Assembly (NCBI RefSeq): GCF_001194135.2
Contig: NC_068984.1
Span: forward strand, 52,181,334 to 52,245,333
Direction: 5' to 3'
DNA length: 64,000 nt
Origin: Octopus bimaculoides
Taxonomy: Eukaryota
Below the pieces are notes generated by a model. That model was not told the origin of the DNA, did not search any database, and was given only the letters and a program-made list of their open reading frames with translations. Below, piece after piece: positions 39,101 through 54,400 of the stretch. The first letter of the stretch is position 1. The number at the start of each line of letters is the position of its first letter. The position numbers and the translations under genes were made by a program.

Positions 39101-40213
39101 ATATCTATGAGAATTACAAATCTTTTGGATGGAATCGAATACTTGTATGAGTTAATCTAATAATCCTTTCTAATATAAACACAAGGCCTGGAATTTGGGG
39201 TGAGGAAGTAGGTCAATTAGATTGACCCCAGTATGCAACTGGTGCTTAATTTATTGACCCTGAAAGGATGAAAGGCAAAGTCGATGCCGGTGGAGTTTGA
39301 ACTCAGAACAGAGCAACAGATGAAACACTGCTAAGCATTTTGCCCAGTGTGCTAATGATTCTGCCAGCTTGCCACCTTAAGAGTTAGTCTAATAATAATC
39401 CAATACTTGTACTGATCACAAGATCAATCATATTTACTCTCACAACTAGAGACTGGACCAAATAAACTTGATTTGATTCTTTGTTAATTAGGATAAATAC
39501 CAAAGTATTTTTAGTATGAAATGTTTGGTGTAACATAGTCTAGGAGACATTTATTTATATGTGATAACTTGTCCATTGGCTCAACAAAGTATCAACATTG
39601 CAAGACAGGTCAATTCTTCCACAACTGCCCTTGCATGCTTCCATAACTTAATGTCATTAACATTTATGTATTCATATACACATGTACATACCGCAAAATA
39701 AAAACACAAAAATAACACACAAATAACACACACACACACAAGATAAAACTCCTTTGAGTTATCAACTATATAGAAGACAAGACATATTAAGAGATATCAT
39801 CTAAACAATGATAGTATTGAGTTTCTGGAGTCTTCAAGCATTAATGATCTTTCTTGATTACTATAGATATGAATGGTTAGAAGAAAACCAATTCTTCTTT
39901 TTAATTAATTGCTGGGTATTTTGCTGGATGATGTTCAAAATTTACCAATGCTAACATATTTGTGTCAAGGCTGATAGAAGTGAGGCAGAAAGATTTCTGA
40001 ATATCATAGGTGTTCTGTCACCCTTGTTCTCAGTTTTCTAATAATCACCTGCTTAAAGGATAGTAATGGTTGTCATTGATAAGTGATACATACTCACACA
40101 TTACACACACACACACACACACACACTCAGAGACATATGCATATATATATATATATGCATAAATATACATATATACGTACATATATATACACACACACAC
40201 ACACACACAACAC

Positions 40214-40284
<71 letters not shown>

Positions 40285-43200
40285 CATACATACATATATA
40301 TTTGTACATTCACACCATACTCATGCACACACCCACACACTCACACACACATGCATGCAGGAGGAAGAAATGAGAAAACAGATGCAAATGGAGAAATATT
40401 TGCCAATGCTGTCATAAAGTGGGAATACAACAGAGCAAAACTACTTTTCTGATGATGCAAAGCAAAGTTTCTTGGGTTCTGACCAAATACTTTTGTAATT
40501 AAGTCACCATTTTTCTCACTGTATTTAAAGAAGAGGATGGTAATCTTTTATATATTTTTATGAATAAAGGATTTAAGAATGACTGCCGTTGTTGTCTTAG
40601 TAGATATATAAGTCCATTTGCAGTTACAATAATAGAGTACAACAAATGTACACAGCCATCATCTACAATGTACAATTACAAAAACATCTATGCAGACAAA
40701 ATTATAATAAAAAGAAGCAATATATAACTACAGTTGCAATATACAACAAGTGTATGCAACTAAAGTGAAGTTATTGCATGCAGCAACAGTTATGGAATTT
40801 TCTGTTATCACATTTTTTTAAAATTAATTTTTTTGCTGTAGATTTTACAGACTAGGCAGTGAATTTAAAAACTTACCCTTTCCTTGTTTACAACCCTTAG
40901 ATTTTATTCTAGTTGCAGGGCATTTCTTTGGATCACCTTTCTTCAACATCATTGTCATATTTTTGGTGCTGGTGTTGGGATCACAAGCAGACCAAGTCCC
41001 TTTCATATACTTACATTCTGTAACAAAGGAAAGAAATAGAAAAGTAACTCTTACACATTGGACAACATTATATATTGCAAGATATCAGAATTAGATGAAA
41101 AAATCTTAACAGAAAACATCAAAACATCACTTGTATTGTAACATTCTTTTCTACTCTAGGCACAAGGCCCAAAATATTGGGAGAGGAGGCCAGTCAATTA
41201 GATCGACCCCCAGTACACAATTGGTACTTGATTGATCGACCCTGAAAGGATGAAAGGCAAAGTCAACCTTGGTGGAATTTGAACTCAGAACATAAAGACA
41301 AAACGAAATGCTGCTAAGCGTTTCGCCTGGTGTGCTAACGTTTCTGCTAGCTCGCCGCCTTGTACTGTAACTTTAAAACTACAAAGCACTAAGGAATGCT
41401 TTATGTAGATGCTTGACCTACTAAAAGCAGTTGTCAAATTTTCCTTAAATTACACATCACTCTATTTGAAACGGATGCATTGCTTCTAAACATAAACTAT
41501 TATCTTAAAAGTAGAAAAGATGCATTGGACATTGTAGACATACAAAATAATAGGATGGTCATAGTAGGAGCACATTTCAGTTAGGGTTGACTCGGTTTGA
41601 ACAACAGGAAGCCTACTTTAAATATCAGACCAAAACAATTACTTCAACATAGGGGTACATATGATTGTGATAATATCTTTGCTCCTAATCAAAGAAAATT
41701 TAATAAATTCTTTGGATACACTACCTTATGTAATTCTGGAGGTCATTAAACTAAGAATCAATTATATCACATGATTACATCTTGTGACTACTTACTTTGT
41801 AGTTACAGAAGATAGCATCTATGCAACTGCTGGATCAGTTACAAATAGCAGCCAAACCACCCTCAAGTAATAGGCTGTTGTCTTAAAGAAAGAGAGAGGG
41901 TGAGAGGGAATGAGAGAGATAGAATTTTAGTCCTGGATAAACAAAATTAAAGAAGGGTCGGGATTAGAACAGTTTTGATCATAGTTCTGTCTGCTCAATC
42001 AAAACCAGCTTAGAGCTAAGTAACTACTTAGTTTACCACTATAAAATGTCAGTAACAATATCAATATATATGACACCTTTTCCCTTAAAAACATAGAGTT
42101 GATTCTGCTTAATTACTTCTGTAATTGAAAATCTCATGCTATCAACAGAATTTGCAAGATAGGTGATAAATTACAAGATTTCAGTGTGCTGTCAGTAGTA
42201 AAGTATTGTGATATTTCACACATATATTAAATACAGAAGAAAACAAAAATAAAATTTTATTTACAATACATTTTATGTAAACATAAATTACTTATCTTAC
42301 ACCCAGTTCATGCTGTTTCTTTGATATATTATTGGTATGACAATTGCTTTACTTATCCCCTATGAGGTTTTTTCAGTTGCTTTTGATATTTTTCAATTAC
42401 CCATTCTTAACTTGACAAAGGTTTTCACCCGATTTGAATTACTCAGTGATAACAACTTAGGTGATGCAGAAAAATTTACTGGGTCCATCACAGATTGAAG
42501 TAGTTGATAATGAAAACAAGATAACATCGTTTGACTAAAGAATATCTTTTGGCAATATTTATCTACAATGAAAACTTATCTATTGAAGAGTTTTATTATA
42601 CTATTAGAAATGAGATAAAATTCACTGAATGAGTAATGTGAACACATTTCATTTTTTAACATTAGTTACTTAGGTGTTGCCTTCTGTCATTCTAATTCAT
42701 CATCAAAACAGAAGCTTCTAGAATCACCTAATTCATCCTAAATCAAATATATGTTCAATTTTAGCATACATTGAGCTAAATGTTTACTCAAAATCTGAAA
42801 AAAAAAAAAAAAAAAAACTTGCGTAATTAACTGAGATTGGCATCATTAACTAATGTAAATGACATTGATTGATTAACTGAAAGTTAATTGTATAAAATAA
42901 ATTTCACATAGCTTCTATGTTAAACCAGTGTCTCTCATAATGATAGGCTGGGAAGAATGAAAAAAGAGATGGAGAAATTTTTGCATTTAGTAAAACTGAG
43001 ATGGTTTTAAACTTTTAAAACTTGTCCAATACTATAACAAAGAAGAAAGAAGTATATGGATGTAAGCTCTATTTTATCTTCTCGTTACTAAAGAGGGTGG
43101 AGCATAATGTTTCCACAATATTTTGGTTGGCTTTTATTCTGTTGTTCTGAGAACCATGGTTCTGAGAAATGGCTTGGTATTTTGAAAAAAAAAGCAATTA

Positions 43201-46200
43201 ACAAACTGATGAAATTAATCAGAATTGCTTGTACATGTTCTGATAAAAAGTTTTTAGTTGATATAAGGATATATTTTATGGCAAAGTAGTTTTAAATTTT
43301 TTTCTTTCCTAAAATTTCATTTTTCCATTCTAGCATGGCCAATATTATATTATTAGAGTAAATAATTTTACAGTTAGCTGTTCTGGGAGTGGCACATTTT
43401 TCTAGCTTGACTTGATCAAGCAGATTAAGGTACATCACTAAGAAGTGTAAATGTTATGTATTTGATCTTCAAAAGTGGAAACTTACAGATGTACCAATCT
43501 TAAGAGGATTTAAACATAACATATACATAGAAAGGTCACTTTAAATTAGAGACATCTGTAACATGTTGCTTTCAAGAGTCAGAATGTATAGATTTGAGAA
43601 TGTAGTCAAGCACAGTATATATTCTAAAGTGGTGTTAGTAGATGGGTAGCTATAGAATAAATGCAACTGCAGTGAAGTAACTTGATACCTGACCTACTTT
43701 AATATGAAAAGATAAATGCTGAAATAATTGAAATGGATCATTATTTATAATTGAATAAGTAAATAAGAATTTGAATTGGAAATCAATATTTATTAAATTA
43801 ATTTTGAAGTCATTGATGATCACTTGAATTTTTGAAAGAAACGTTTAATTGATAGCTGGGTTCAGAACAAATTATCATTTTTATGCTTCATGCTTTAGAC
43901 ACAGGTGGAGAAACTTTTACATACAAAGAGCAAATTGCAAGTGATTGAGAATTTTAGGTGTATCTGTTCTGAGAAAAATAATGAATCTTTAATTTTACAA
44001 ATTCATAAGGGCATAGCTTATATTAAATTACTGTTTTGGTCTTAAGGCATAACACTTAATACCAACCTGCCTACCTACCTAAGATCACCTCTAGTTGTGA
44101 TACTAAACCTCTCATTTTGAATTATGCCTATTTGATATAAAAAACATCGATCATAATTTTATGAAACAACTTCTCATCAAGTTATGTTGCAAATGCTAAC
44201 TTCATAATGAAACAGTCTAAACCCTTGTGTATTTCCAAAAAGTAGTGTATGTCAGTAGAAATAAAGTGATGAAAGAATTAAACTGATTCTTACATATGGA
44301 ATTTTAATGATTTAGTTGGTAGACCATTTCAAATGTTAATGTGAGAGAAATTTTGCCCATGAGTAGAGGTTCTCCACCTCTTGAACTTTCTTTAATAATC
44401 ACAATATGTATAGAAGAACAAGATAATATTTCTATTCTTATACTTGTGTGTGTGTGCACCTGTGTGTGCATGTGTGTGTGCATGTGCATGCACATGCATG
44501 CTTGTGTGTGTGTCACTTGGAAAATATTCAACATAGTAACAAACGGAATTTATGCATCACTTTTTTATTTATAGAGCGTTATAGTAGGCAATGAAGTGTA
44601 GTAGAGATGTTTTGGAAAACTCAGTCTGAAACCATGTTTTCCATAGCTTATGTTGATATATTCTTTGCACTGTGAGCAATAAACTCATTGGACATTTCCA
44701 TTTCAATGAGAAGTCCAACTGAACAATGAAAAGTTCACTAGATTTAAGAGGGCACAAGTGACAATTTCATTTCAATTATTGCTATTCCTGTACTTGTATC
44801 CAGTTTTTCCTCATTTTGATCATATAAATTGGTTTGGTTAATAATTGTCTCTTATTGATTGCTAGATGGCATGGTCAATAATTTCTTAGAATGACCAATA
44901 TTGACCAAAACGAGACTTTTTTTTTCAACATTCAGCTCTTGAAAGTTTATTGTTTAAGATGATTCCAACTGCAACTTAAAATTTTAATTTGTGTTCTGCT
45001 ATAAATATCAGAATGGCCATTAATCACCTCTTGACTGATACTAACAATCATTAAAAGTCAAATTAGTAGTGATAAATCATTAATTAATAATTTAGATTAA
45101 CCACAACAAAGACTAGTGATGTATAAACATAAAATTTGAACAAGCAATGATAACAGTAGTTACGCCTTGTTAATTTACTGTGAATGAGTGTGTGAGCATA
45201 TTTATATATAAATATGTGTTACACAAAAGGTTAATTAATCATGTTACTTAAAAGTTTCAGCAACAAAATCATTTGTCAGATTTTATGATTATTTGGTTAC
45301 AAAGTTTAGAAGAATAAGAACACTCTTAACCATTCTCAAACAGAGATTTTCATTAGTTTCAGAATGCTTTTCAAAACTTTGGTGAGCATAATACTTGAAA
45401 TTGAAAGCTCAAATATAAATAGATATTAAACATTATTTTGGTCAATATTGATCTTATTGAGAAATTATTGACCATACTGTGTAGCAATCAACAAGAGACA
45501 GAGCACTAACCAAATCATTTTGCATACATTATTAAAACTAGAGTTATGAAAAACTGGATACAAGTAAATGAATAGCAATAATTAATGTGATATTGAAGGG
45601 TATAGAATAGTTATAGTTACTTCTCTGAGAACTATTAAAAAAATTTTAGGAAGATTTTGAAACTAATAAAGAAATTCATTGGAAAATATCCAAAGAGAGA
45701 TAAAGTAAGTTCAAAATTTCCTTACTTATCCACTCCCATCTTTTACTAAAATTACATTCACACCCAGGATCATTGTTGAAATATCAAATTGTCCCAGTAC
45801 TTGACAGGTACTTTATGTTATCAACCTTAAAAGGATGAAAGAACAGAGTTGATCTCTGTGTTATTTGAACTCATAGTGTAAAAGGCCACTACTAAATACT
45901 TCTCTAATAATTCTACCAATAAAGTATTTAAAAAGATATGAAATATTGAGAATGAAATGGAGATTCCAGATTGAAGAGAATTCAGACAAAATCATAAATT
46001 AAACAAAATCTTATGTTGACTATATTTCCTATTGAAGTAAATCAAATTTTTTTTATATTTTTGGATGAAACAAAAAGCAGTTCATATATTTTGCTTAAAT
46101 ATGGATCATCACATAAGTTCTTGGATCAATGGCACCATTTAATAAACAAAGAAATTTTTCTGATCTAATTGTGATCAATATTAATAAAGTTATTGCCACA

Positions 46201-48419
46201 GTAGTTGCAGAAGGAGTAATAAGTTCTGAAGATTAATAATGTTCAAAATTATTAACAAAAAAAAAGTTATTCACAGTAAGAGAAAAATAAATTGTTGTGA
46301 ATAATAACATAACACATCATGTGGAAAGTGTTATGTTCTTTGACCTAAAAAGGGAAAACAATATATCCATTTTCCTCCCTCCTCACCACTGCCAAACATC
46401 ATTAAAGAATTCTTTTCTTTGTAGAGAAATAACTAGATAATAAAAAAAATTGTTGCTAAATACATAGTGTAACAATTAAAATCATCCAGAAAAATTATTT
46501 ATGAGTATTGAATGAAAGATTAATGTTATTTACAGAAAATATGAGAGAATTATCAGTACATTTCTTAAAATGTTAGTCTGGAACAAAAATGTGCTGTTTT
46601 GTTATATTAAATAATTACTTCTATTGAAGATATAAATTTACTTCTAAATTATGTCTTAGCAAAGTTTCTTCAATTGATTTCAAACACAAACATGGCTATT
46701 TGCTTTGCCTTTAAGTAGACAGAGTAATTGATTAATGAAGTAAATTTAATGTAAAGTAGATTCTGCACCAAAATTTTGCAAAACATGCTAATATTTTGAA
46801 AACCATGCCAATGTTTTCCAAAACTCGCTAAAATTCTAAAAGCCTGCCAAAATGTGTGCAGAGTTCTGTATTTTCTATATTTCTATAATCTAGAATGTTT
46901 TGAAATAAAAAAAATCAATAGCTGCTTGCACAACAATTTTTTACAAAGCAGTATTTTACAAGAAGGAAAAAGAATAAAGGTTTTTATTTATATCAAAATA
47001 CTTTGAACTTTAGCAATAAACATTTTCAAGTAAATCTATTAGCTCATTCATATGCTTTCTGAGTTAAATATGAAAATTTACAGTACAATATTGTTATTAA
47101 TGCTTCAAACTAGTTAGATATAGACAAAAATTAGATGTAAGGTTAAGATACCAATGAGTAAAAGTAAAAATGAGACACTTTGGCCTTTTTAAACAGAGAT
47201 TGGTTGTAAGATGGAAATATAGTATTCAGTCATGTATTACCCAGTAAAGCTCTTCAGTTTTCTAATGTTGAACATGTATAATTAGAATATTGAGTAAATT
47301 ATGGTTACTTATGCAGTGTTTCTCATTTAAAAGAGCTAAGGACTGTTAGGATTGAAAAAGAGATGGACAAATCACTTGGTTTAATAAATTTATTATGATA
47401 GTTTTAAACTTTTGAATTTGTCCATGGTAATGGTAAAGAAAGAAGAGTTATGTAAATGCAAGCTCTCTTTTTACAAGATAAAATGGAAAGAAGTAAAAAA
47501 ATTTCCCTAATATTTTAGTTTAATGGAGCCTGGCACTTTGAGAACCACTTCTGCAGAAGATATGCTGTTTTGAACTGCATGTCTTGATGCCTATATTTTA
47601 AGATTTTTGTCAGTTATTGCAAATGTTTTAAATTTGTGTTTTATTTACATACATTAAAAAATGTAATATACTACATATATTCAATAGCACACTGACAGAG
47701 TATTGCAATGAATGATTGCTTGATCAATTTCTTGCTACAGACATGAAATAGCAGCCACTTTACCTTCACTTCAACTAGCTTTCCCTTAGAATAAATGAAA
47801 ACCCTTGTCAATTTACCAGTGACAGCATTTGATTTTATTACTTCTGTTTCAAAGAGATATGTATCTAGTAGTACTGCATACATGCCAACACAGCCGTCAT
47901 CATAGCACTTGATGGATGGATCAGATTCTTTGGAATGTTACTGTCAGTGAAAATGTTTGTAAAATTTACATCCTTACCACACACTCAAAGTATATGGTAA
48001 ACAGGCCATCTCACCAAGCATTTTTCATCACTATAGTGCAGTTTGTTGGGCTCCAGGGTCACTGATATGCCTGCAAACACTAGGAAATATTTGATGACAT
48101 TGTTTTTTACAGTATGTTGGAGAATCTTCCAGCACTGAGTCAGCATGAGAACACATATCCCTGAGCAGTGAGGGAAATGTGTGGGAAATTGTGGAAAAAA
48201 TACAAACTAGCATTTGTCAGTTTAAAGGGTTATGTTGTTGTTGTTGTTATCATCGTTGGGCAAGAGTCTTCTACGTTAGACTTAGGCTTACCACAACCTT
48301 GTCCACAAAATTAACACCAAACAAGTCATCCATTTCTCCCCATAGCAAGCAGTATACAATCTATAGATGGGGAGTATACTGTTGACTGAAACTAAGTGAA
48401 AGGCTGCCATGTGCATATG

Positions 48420-48481
<62 letters not shown>

Positions 48482-51400
48482 TTACTGATTTACATTTGTG
48501 AAGGATATGAACATTGACATGAAAATGAAGTTAGTGCTTTATGAATAGAGGTCCTTAAAATACTTGTTCTGTATCCATGTTACACACACTCCCTTGTCAC
48601 TTGTCATCAGAAATGCACTGAACCAGTGATTGGTCTATTGAAAGCCTAAAGCTACTATTGTTCACCAACCGCAATATACTAGTTGAAATGATTGGGTGTG
48701 TGGGTATTTTGTTAGGTATGCAGGTATTTGTAAATACCTCATGGAGTGACGACTGTGCCCTGCATAATTATGGGTTGCCCTTTGGCAAGGTATAGAATGC
48801 ATTCAGCCACCCTGCCAGGGATACAGCAAAGCCATGGGACTGCAGCATGGTGGATTGTGAAGAGGTAGCAGAAGAACTCAACTGAGCCAATGGTGCTTTT
48901 TACATTGATGCTGAGTGGAGGAATCCTAAAAGATCAATAGTCAGGATCACCAAGCTCTATCAAGAGAGTAACTGCAATACATCAATGGGGGTGACATCCA
49001 TGGATGTGTAATCAGTTAATTAAAGATTCAGTTTGATTCAAGCTCTCAATTCAAATTCATAATAATGGAATTGGATGGAGACAGAGAGTCGTGAGAATCC
49101 ATGAAAATAACGAAGAAAAAAAATATATAAAAATATATTTATTGTGGATGATGCTTCAGAAATTGTTGGATTTGGGAATCAAAGCTCTGCTTCAGACATC
49201 TTATTTTCCCAATCTTTCACCGAAACGATTTTAATTTTTTCAAATACCTAGACAGTTGCTTGAATAGTACACATTTTCAAAACCAGACAGTATCATAGAA
49301 GCTTTCAAAGGGTTTATAGATTCTATAAACACATTCATTTCTACATGACAGGAATCTATAGTCTTACTACATTTGTACTGAATCAAAGCATAGTTTTTCA
49401 CCTCTGCTTTATATCTTTTCAAACATTGATCCTTCATCATCATCATCATCATCATCACAATCATAATCATCATCATGAATTCCAGACAACAAAGCAATGA
49501 GACTGAAAACTTTTACAAAACTCTTCACGATTATTATTTAAAAACAGCCATTATGCTCAGAAGCATTTACAATATGATAACAATCTTATGAGAATAACTA
49601 AATATAATTACATCATCATCCTCATCATTATCATTATCAGCACCACCACCAACTGCCACTACCATCATCACCACCACCACCATTATAATTCATCATAGAA
49701 ATAGAACAAATTACTTTAAAACAACATTAGGAATTTAAACACAAGGATAAATAATCCAGAATCTTAAACAGTTTTGAAGCAAGGACAATATAAAAACTGA
49801 CCTTCACAGTAACAGACAACCAATAAATACTCCTGCACAGACTCAATGATAAATAGACCAGTCTATTGCAAGAGTTAATTTATTGACAATGAAATAATGG
49901 CAAATACAGTATTGTTCATAATTATCAAATTTAATAAGTTAGTGGTTGTGAAATGTAGGCTGCTATACTCTGACCTACTATCACTAATAAATTTATGTTA
50001 TCTCAAGTCTGAAGTTATATAACCATTACCATTCATATGGTAATCATGAAATATAAATTTCTATGCCATTTGCATTTCACATGTATTTCAATAGTTGTGT
50101 GATTTTATGACTGTTAAAGCATTCAAGAGGATGATTTTCTATAGCAGTTTCAAAATGTCTGAACTATATAAACTGGTTACATTTAAGATTATTTCCCTTC
50201 TATTTTTCAAATCATGAGTAACACTATCTTTTTTTTTTTTTTTGCTTTTTCTTTCTCTCCACTCCTCTTTTACTTGGATATTATAAGTAATTATTCTGAT
50301 TATCTTTACTGAATGCATGCAACAGAGAAACAGACTTGTCTATGATTATGAAACTAGTTGGAAATACTAAATATTGAATATACAAACAATATAACCTTTT
50401 GAGTTATATGTCTACGATAACTTTTCAGTGAAGAGGAAAAAAGTGAAAAAGACAGGATATAATTTTTACATAATTTCCTCCCTCATAGGAAAAATAGATG
50501 AAACATATAAATAACCAGCTTTGTTTTACTAGTATAATGTCTTGGAAGATAAGCTGTCTTAGATTCTAAATCCTATTAAATTCTGTCTTTCATAATGCCT
50601 TGCTAAACTCCTGGCAATATCTTCAGATTAGCTGTTAAGTGATGAGCTGGCGGAGCCATTAGCATACCAGACAGAATGCTTAGTGGCATTTCATCTGTCT
50701 TCACATTCTAAGTTCAAACTCTACTGAGGTCAGCTTTGCCTTTCATCCTTTAGGGATTGATAAAATAATTACAAGTTAAACACTAGAAGTAATTAACTTA
50801 CCCCCACTCCCAAAACTGCTAGCCTTGTGGCAATTTTAAAATCACTATCTTCAGATTAGCTATATTCATTGTTTTTCAAACTTTTTCAATAACCACCCAC
50901 CTTCTTTAACTACCATTTTTCCAATGACTCCTAGTTATAATTCAACAAAATGAAATACACCACAAAGTATTTCTGCCAACAACTACTTGCTGTTAACAAT
51001 TACTTGCACATAAGTCATGTTCATCAATGGAGTGTCAAAACATTCCAAGTACTAATACTGGTTTCAAATTTTGGCACCAGGCCAGTAATTCTGAGGGAAG
51101 GAGTAAGCCAGCTACACCGACCTCAGTACTCAACTGGAACTTATTTTATCAACCATGAAAGGATAAAATTCAAAATAAACCTCATTGAAATTTGAAATCA
51201 GAATGTAAAGACAGACAAAATGCCACAAAGCAGTTTGTCTGGCATGCTAACAATTCACCAACTTATTTCGAGTACAGATATTTGTTTCATATTTTAGCAG
51301 AAGGATAGCAATTTCATTGGAGGGGTAAAGCCAATTGCATTGACTCCAGTGCTCAACTGATACTTATGTTATCAACTCCGAAAGGAGGAAAGGTGTAGTC

Positions 51401-54400
51401 AACTCCAGCAGCATTTGAACTCAGAATATAAAGCTGGAAATAATTTCACTAAGCATTTTGTCCAGTGCGGTAACAATCCTGCCAGCTCGCCACCTATTGA
51501 GCACTAATATTACCAGATGGCTTAAGATGGTAAACTGGTAGAGAAAATGCTTAGTGGCATTTTTTCCAACTTTACATTCAGAGTTCAAATATTGCTGGGG
51601 TCAACTCTGCTTTTCTTCCTTTCAGAGTTGATAAAATAAGTACCAGTTGAACACTGGGGTCAATTTAATCAACTTACCTGCTTCAAAGAAATGGCTGGCC
51701 TTGTGATCAAGTTTGAGACCAATATTGCCAGGGGATTTGCATAAAGAATAAAAATTGAAAATATATTTCGAAAACAATACTTTTGTATATCATTTATTAT
51801 TTACAAGCATAAGTAGCATATATTCTATTTGTATTAATATCCACTTTTCCATGGTGGCATGGGTTGAACAAAATTCATTGAGACAGATTTTCTAACACTG
51901 GATGCTCTTCAGTTTTATTTATTTACTTATTCAAATTTCAAAGTTTGTTACTGTTAATATTGGTGACACACAAAAGACATCTGTGCTAGTGGCATGTAAA
52001 AGACATTCATGCCACTAACTCATAAAAGGTACCTGTGCCAGTAACGCATAAAAAGGCATCCATGCTGGTGACACATAAAAGGCACCCATGCCAGTGACAC
52101 TTTAGAAGTACCCATGTATACTCTATGGAGAAGTTAGTGTTAGGAAGGGCATCCAGCTGTAGAAACCAAGCCAAAACAGACTGGAGTGTGGTACAGCTCT
52201 CCAGCTTACTAGTTCCAGTCAAACTGTCTAACTCATGCTAGCATGATAAACAGATGCTAGATGATGATGATGATTGTCATTGTTATTGCAATTAAGGCTA
52301 ACTAAACAATTTAGCTTAATATTAGATTAAAACTTTTTTAAAGTTAATATTTAAATAATAGACAAAGACTAAAAAGCTGTACAGATGCAATTTATCACCC
52401 ACCCAACTGCCTTTTTTGTCCCCAGTACCCACATAGAAATTTTCATCCTTCCCAGAGTGTGATACTGCCAATTTTGAGAAGCACAGAACTATACCCTCAC
52501 AATACTATAAAATAGTATTGAGGCTAATGAACAAATCACCATTTACATGCAGCATGTAACTATATGAATCACTAATAGTTTGAAAAACATATTCTTTTTA
52601 AATATACTTCTAACACATATTAATGAAATATTGCTTTAATTAATGTAAATAAATTATGAATTCACTGCAAGTTTTATTGATTTCCCAGTTGAGCCTTAAT
52701 CTCTTGCACTGATCAATTAGTGCATCACAAATGTAAGTCTATGTTTTTACAATGTTACAGTTTCAATAAGTATAAATGAACGATTGTCTCCACAAATTTC
52801 TGAACATTGCTCATAAAACATGCCAGAGTTATTAGAGTATTTGTTAAGTTAACGTTATGTCGAGTCTCTTTCATAGGATTCTAAAATCCTACATACCTTT
52901 CGTTTTCTTACCTCCATAACACAACTATCTTCAAGACAAGATTGGTGGCATGGTTTCAACATCAATTAACTTTTTGGCAGTATCTTTTTCAATAGAGGTC
53001 ACTTTTATGCTGGATAAATAAGATGTTCCTTACTTTTCCAGTCTTTATATTTCATTTATCAAGCTACTTCTTACTTATTTGTTATTAGTTTCTAGTTTAT
53101 TTAGAATTATTCAACTGAATTACATTTTATTTTCATTTCTTGTTTGAATTATATACTTCTGGCAATATATCTCATTTGCTATACCACCTGCAGGGAAATC
53201 ATTACTTTAAAAACATTACGCTCTCTACTTTTATTCTCATCTATTACAATCTATTGTAACAGTCCTTTTTTCTAACAATATGCTCATTATCCTAGTTACT
53301 GCCTTTTTCCTAAAACCCTTTTAAGAAATCAATTCAAAGAAGGAGTCTCTAAATGGTTGCTCAAAATAACAGCCAATTTCCTTCAGATCATACATCCTAC
53401 AATCTTAAAAAAAAGGTAGGGCATATTCAACAATGTAGTACTGAATATCTAAGATCACAAGTGGAACGTTTTCAATCCTAGATCAATTTGGTTAGGAATA
53501 AGCTGGGCTAAACAACGACTTTTGACAAGTTCTATCCTTTAACACATGATATTCATTGTTATTTAATGCAGAGTGGCAGAAAGAATAGAACATCTTACTA
53601 AATCAAAGTATTTGTTTCTGCCTTAAGGGATGATAGGAATTTTGTTCAAATCCCTTTCCATTTTCTGAAGTTCAATAAAATAGAAACCTTGTCATGCTGG
53701 AACCTTCTATACAGTTCTCAAGCCACTAGAAATAGCAACACAATTTCATCAATTCAAACTCTACAATCTTAAAAACAAAGGACACATTTGCCAATGCTTC
53801 ATAGATACATACAAAAAGGATAAGTTGTTCAAAGCTGAAAGAACTTTGATCATAGAACTTGTCCATGGAAATGGAACTAGTAGGAAATGCTAAAAATTAA
53901 ATGCATAAACAATATAACATTTTGAATCACTTGCCTACAATGAAAAGAAAAAGTGATAAAAATAAAATTAAATAATTATGATATAATACAGTTCTATATT
54001 TAAGAGATGAGGAATTATATACATTATTTATATTATTTACAATTGACGGATATTTGTCCTCATCTTGTTTGTTGTTAACACAACATTTCGGCTGATATAC
54101 CCTCCAGCCTTTATCAAGTGTCTTAGGGAAATTTTGAACGTGGGTTCTTATTCCTAAGGTATTTTTTGATGCTGTTATTATTATATAAAAATATATACTA
54201 AAAATAAGATAAATATATATAGGGGGAAAAAAAAACCCGCACATATCGAGCAGAGGTCGGCAATGCCTGTGCTGAGTTTTAGGTCCAATGAGGCTTGCAC
54301 AACACCTCACAGACCCTCTCCACTTTATTGACATTATCCAGAAACAAGCCGGAGCAAGATGTCTGGTGCCAATATGAGTCGCAGGCTCAGGGATGTGGGG

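Noticed and set aside
369-40373. Many ORF-track entries made of YI/CV/TH/X runs (e.g. 369-851, 1699-1950, 10672-11147, 17746-18551, 36011-36516, 40083-40373)
   Set aside because: They are translations of microsatellites and N gaps, not genes.
47880-48380. Possible RTE 3'-end relic (..SMRTH); similar weak relics at about 26340-26740 and 31480-31720
   Set aside because: Too decayed to assign by eye.
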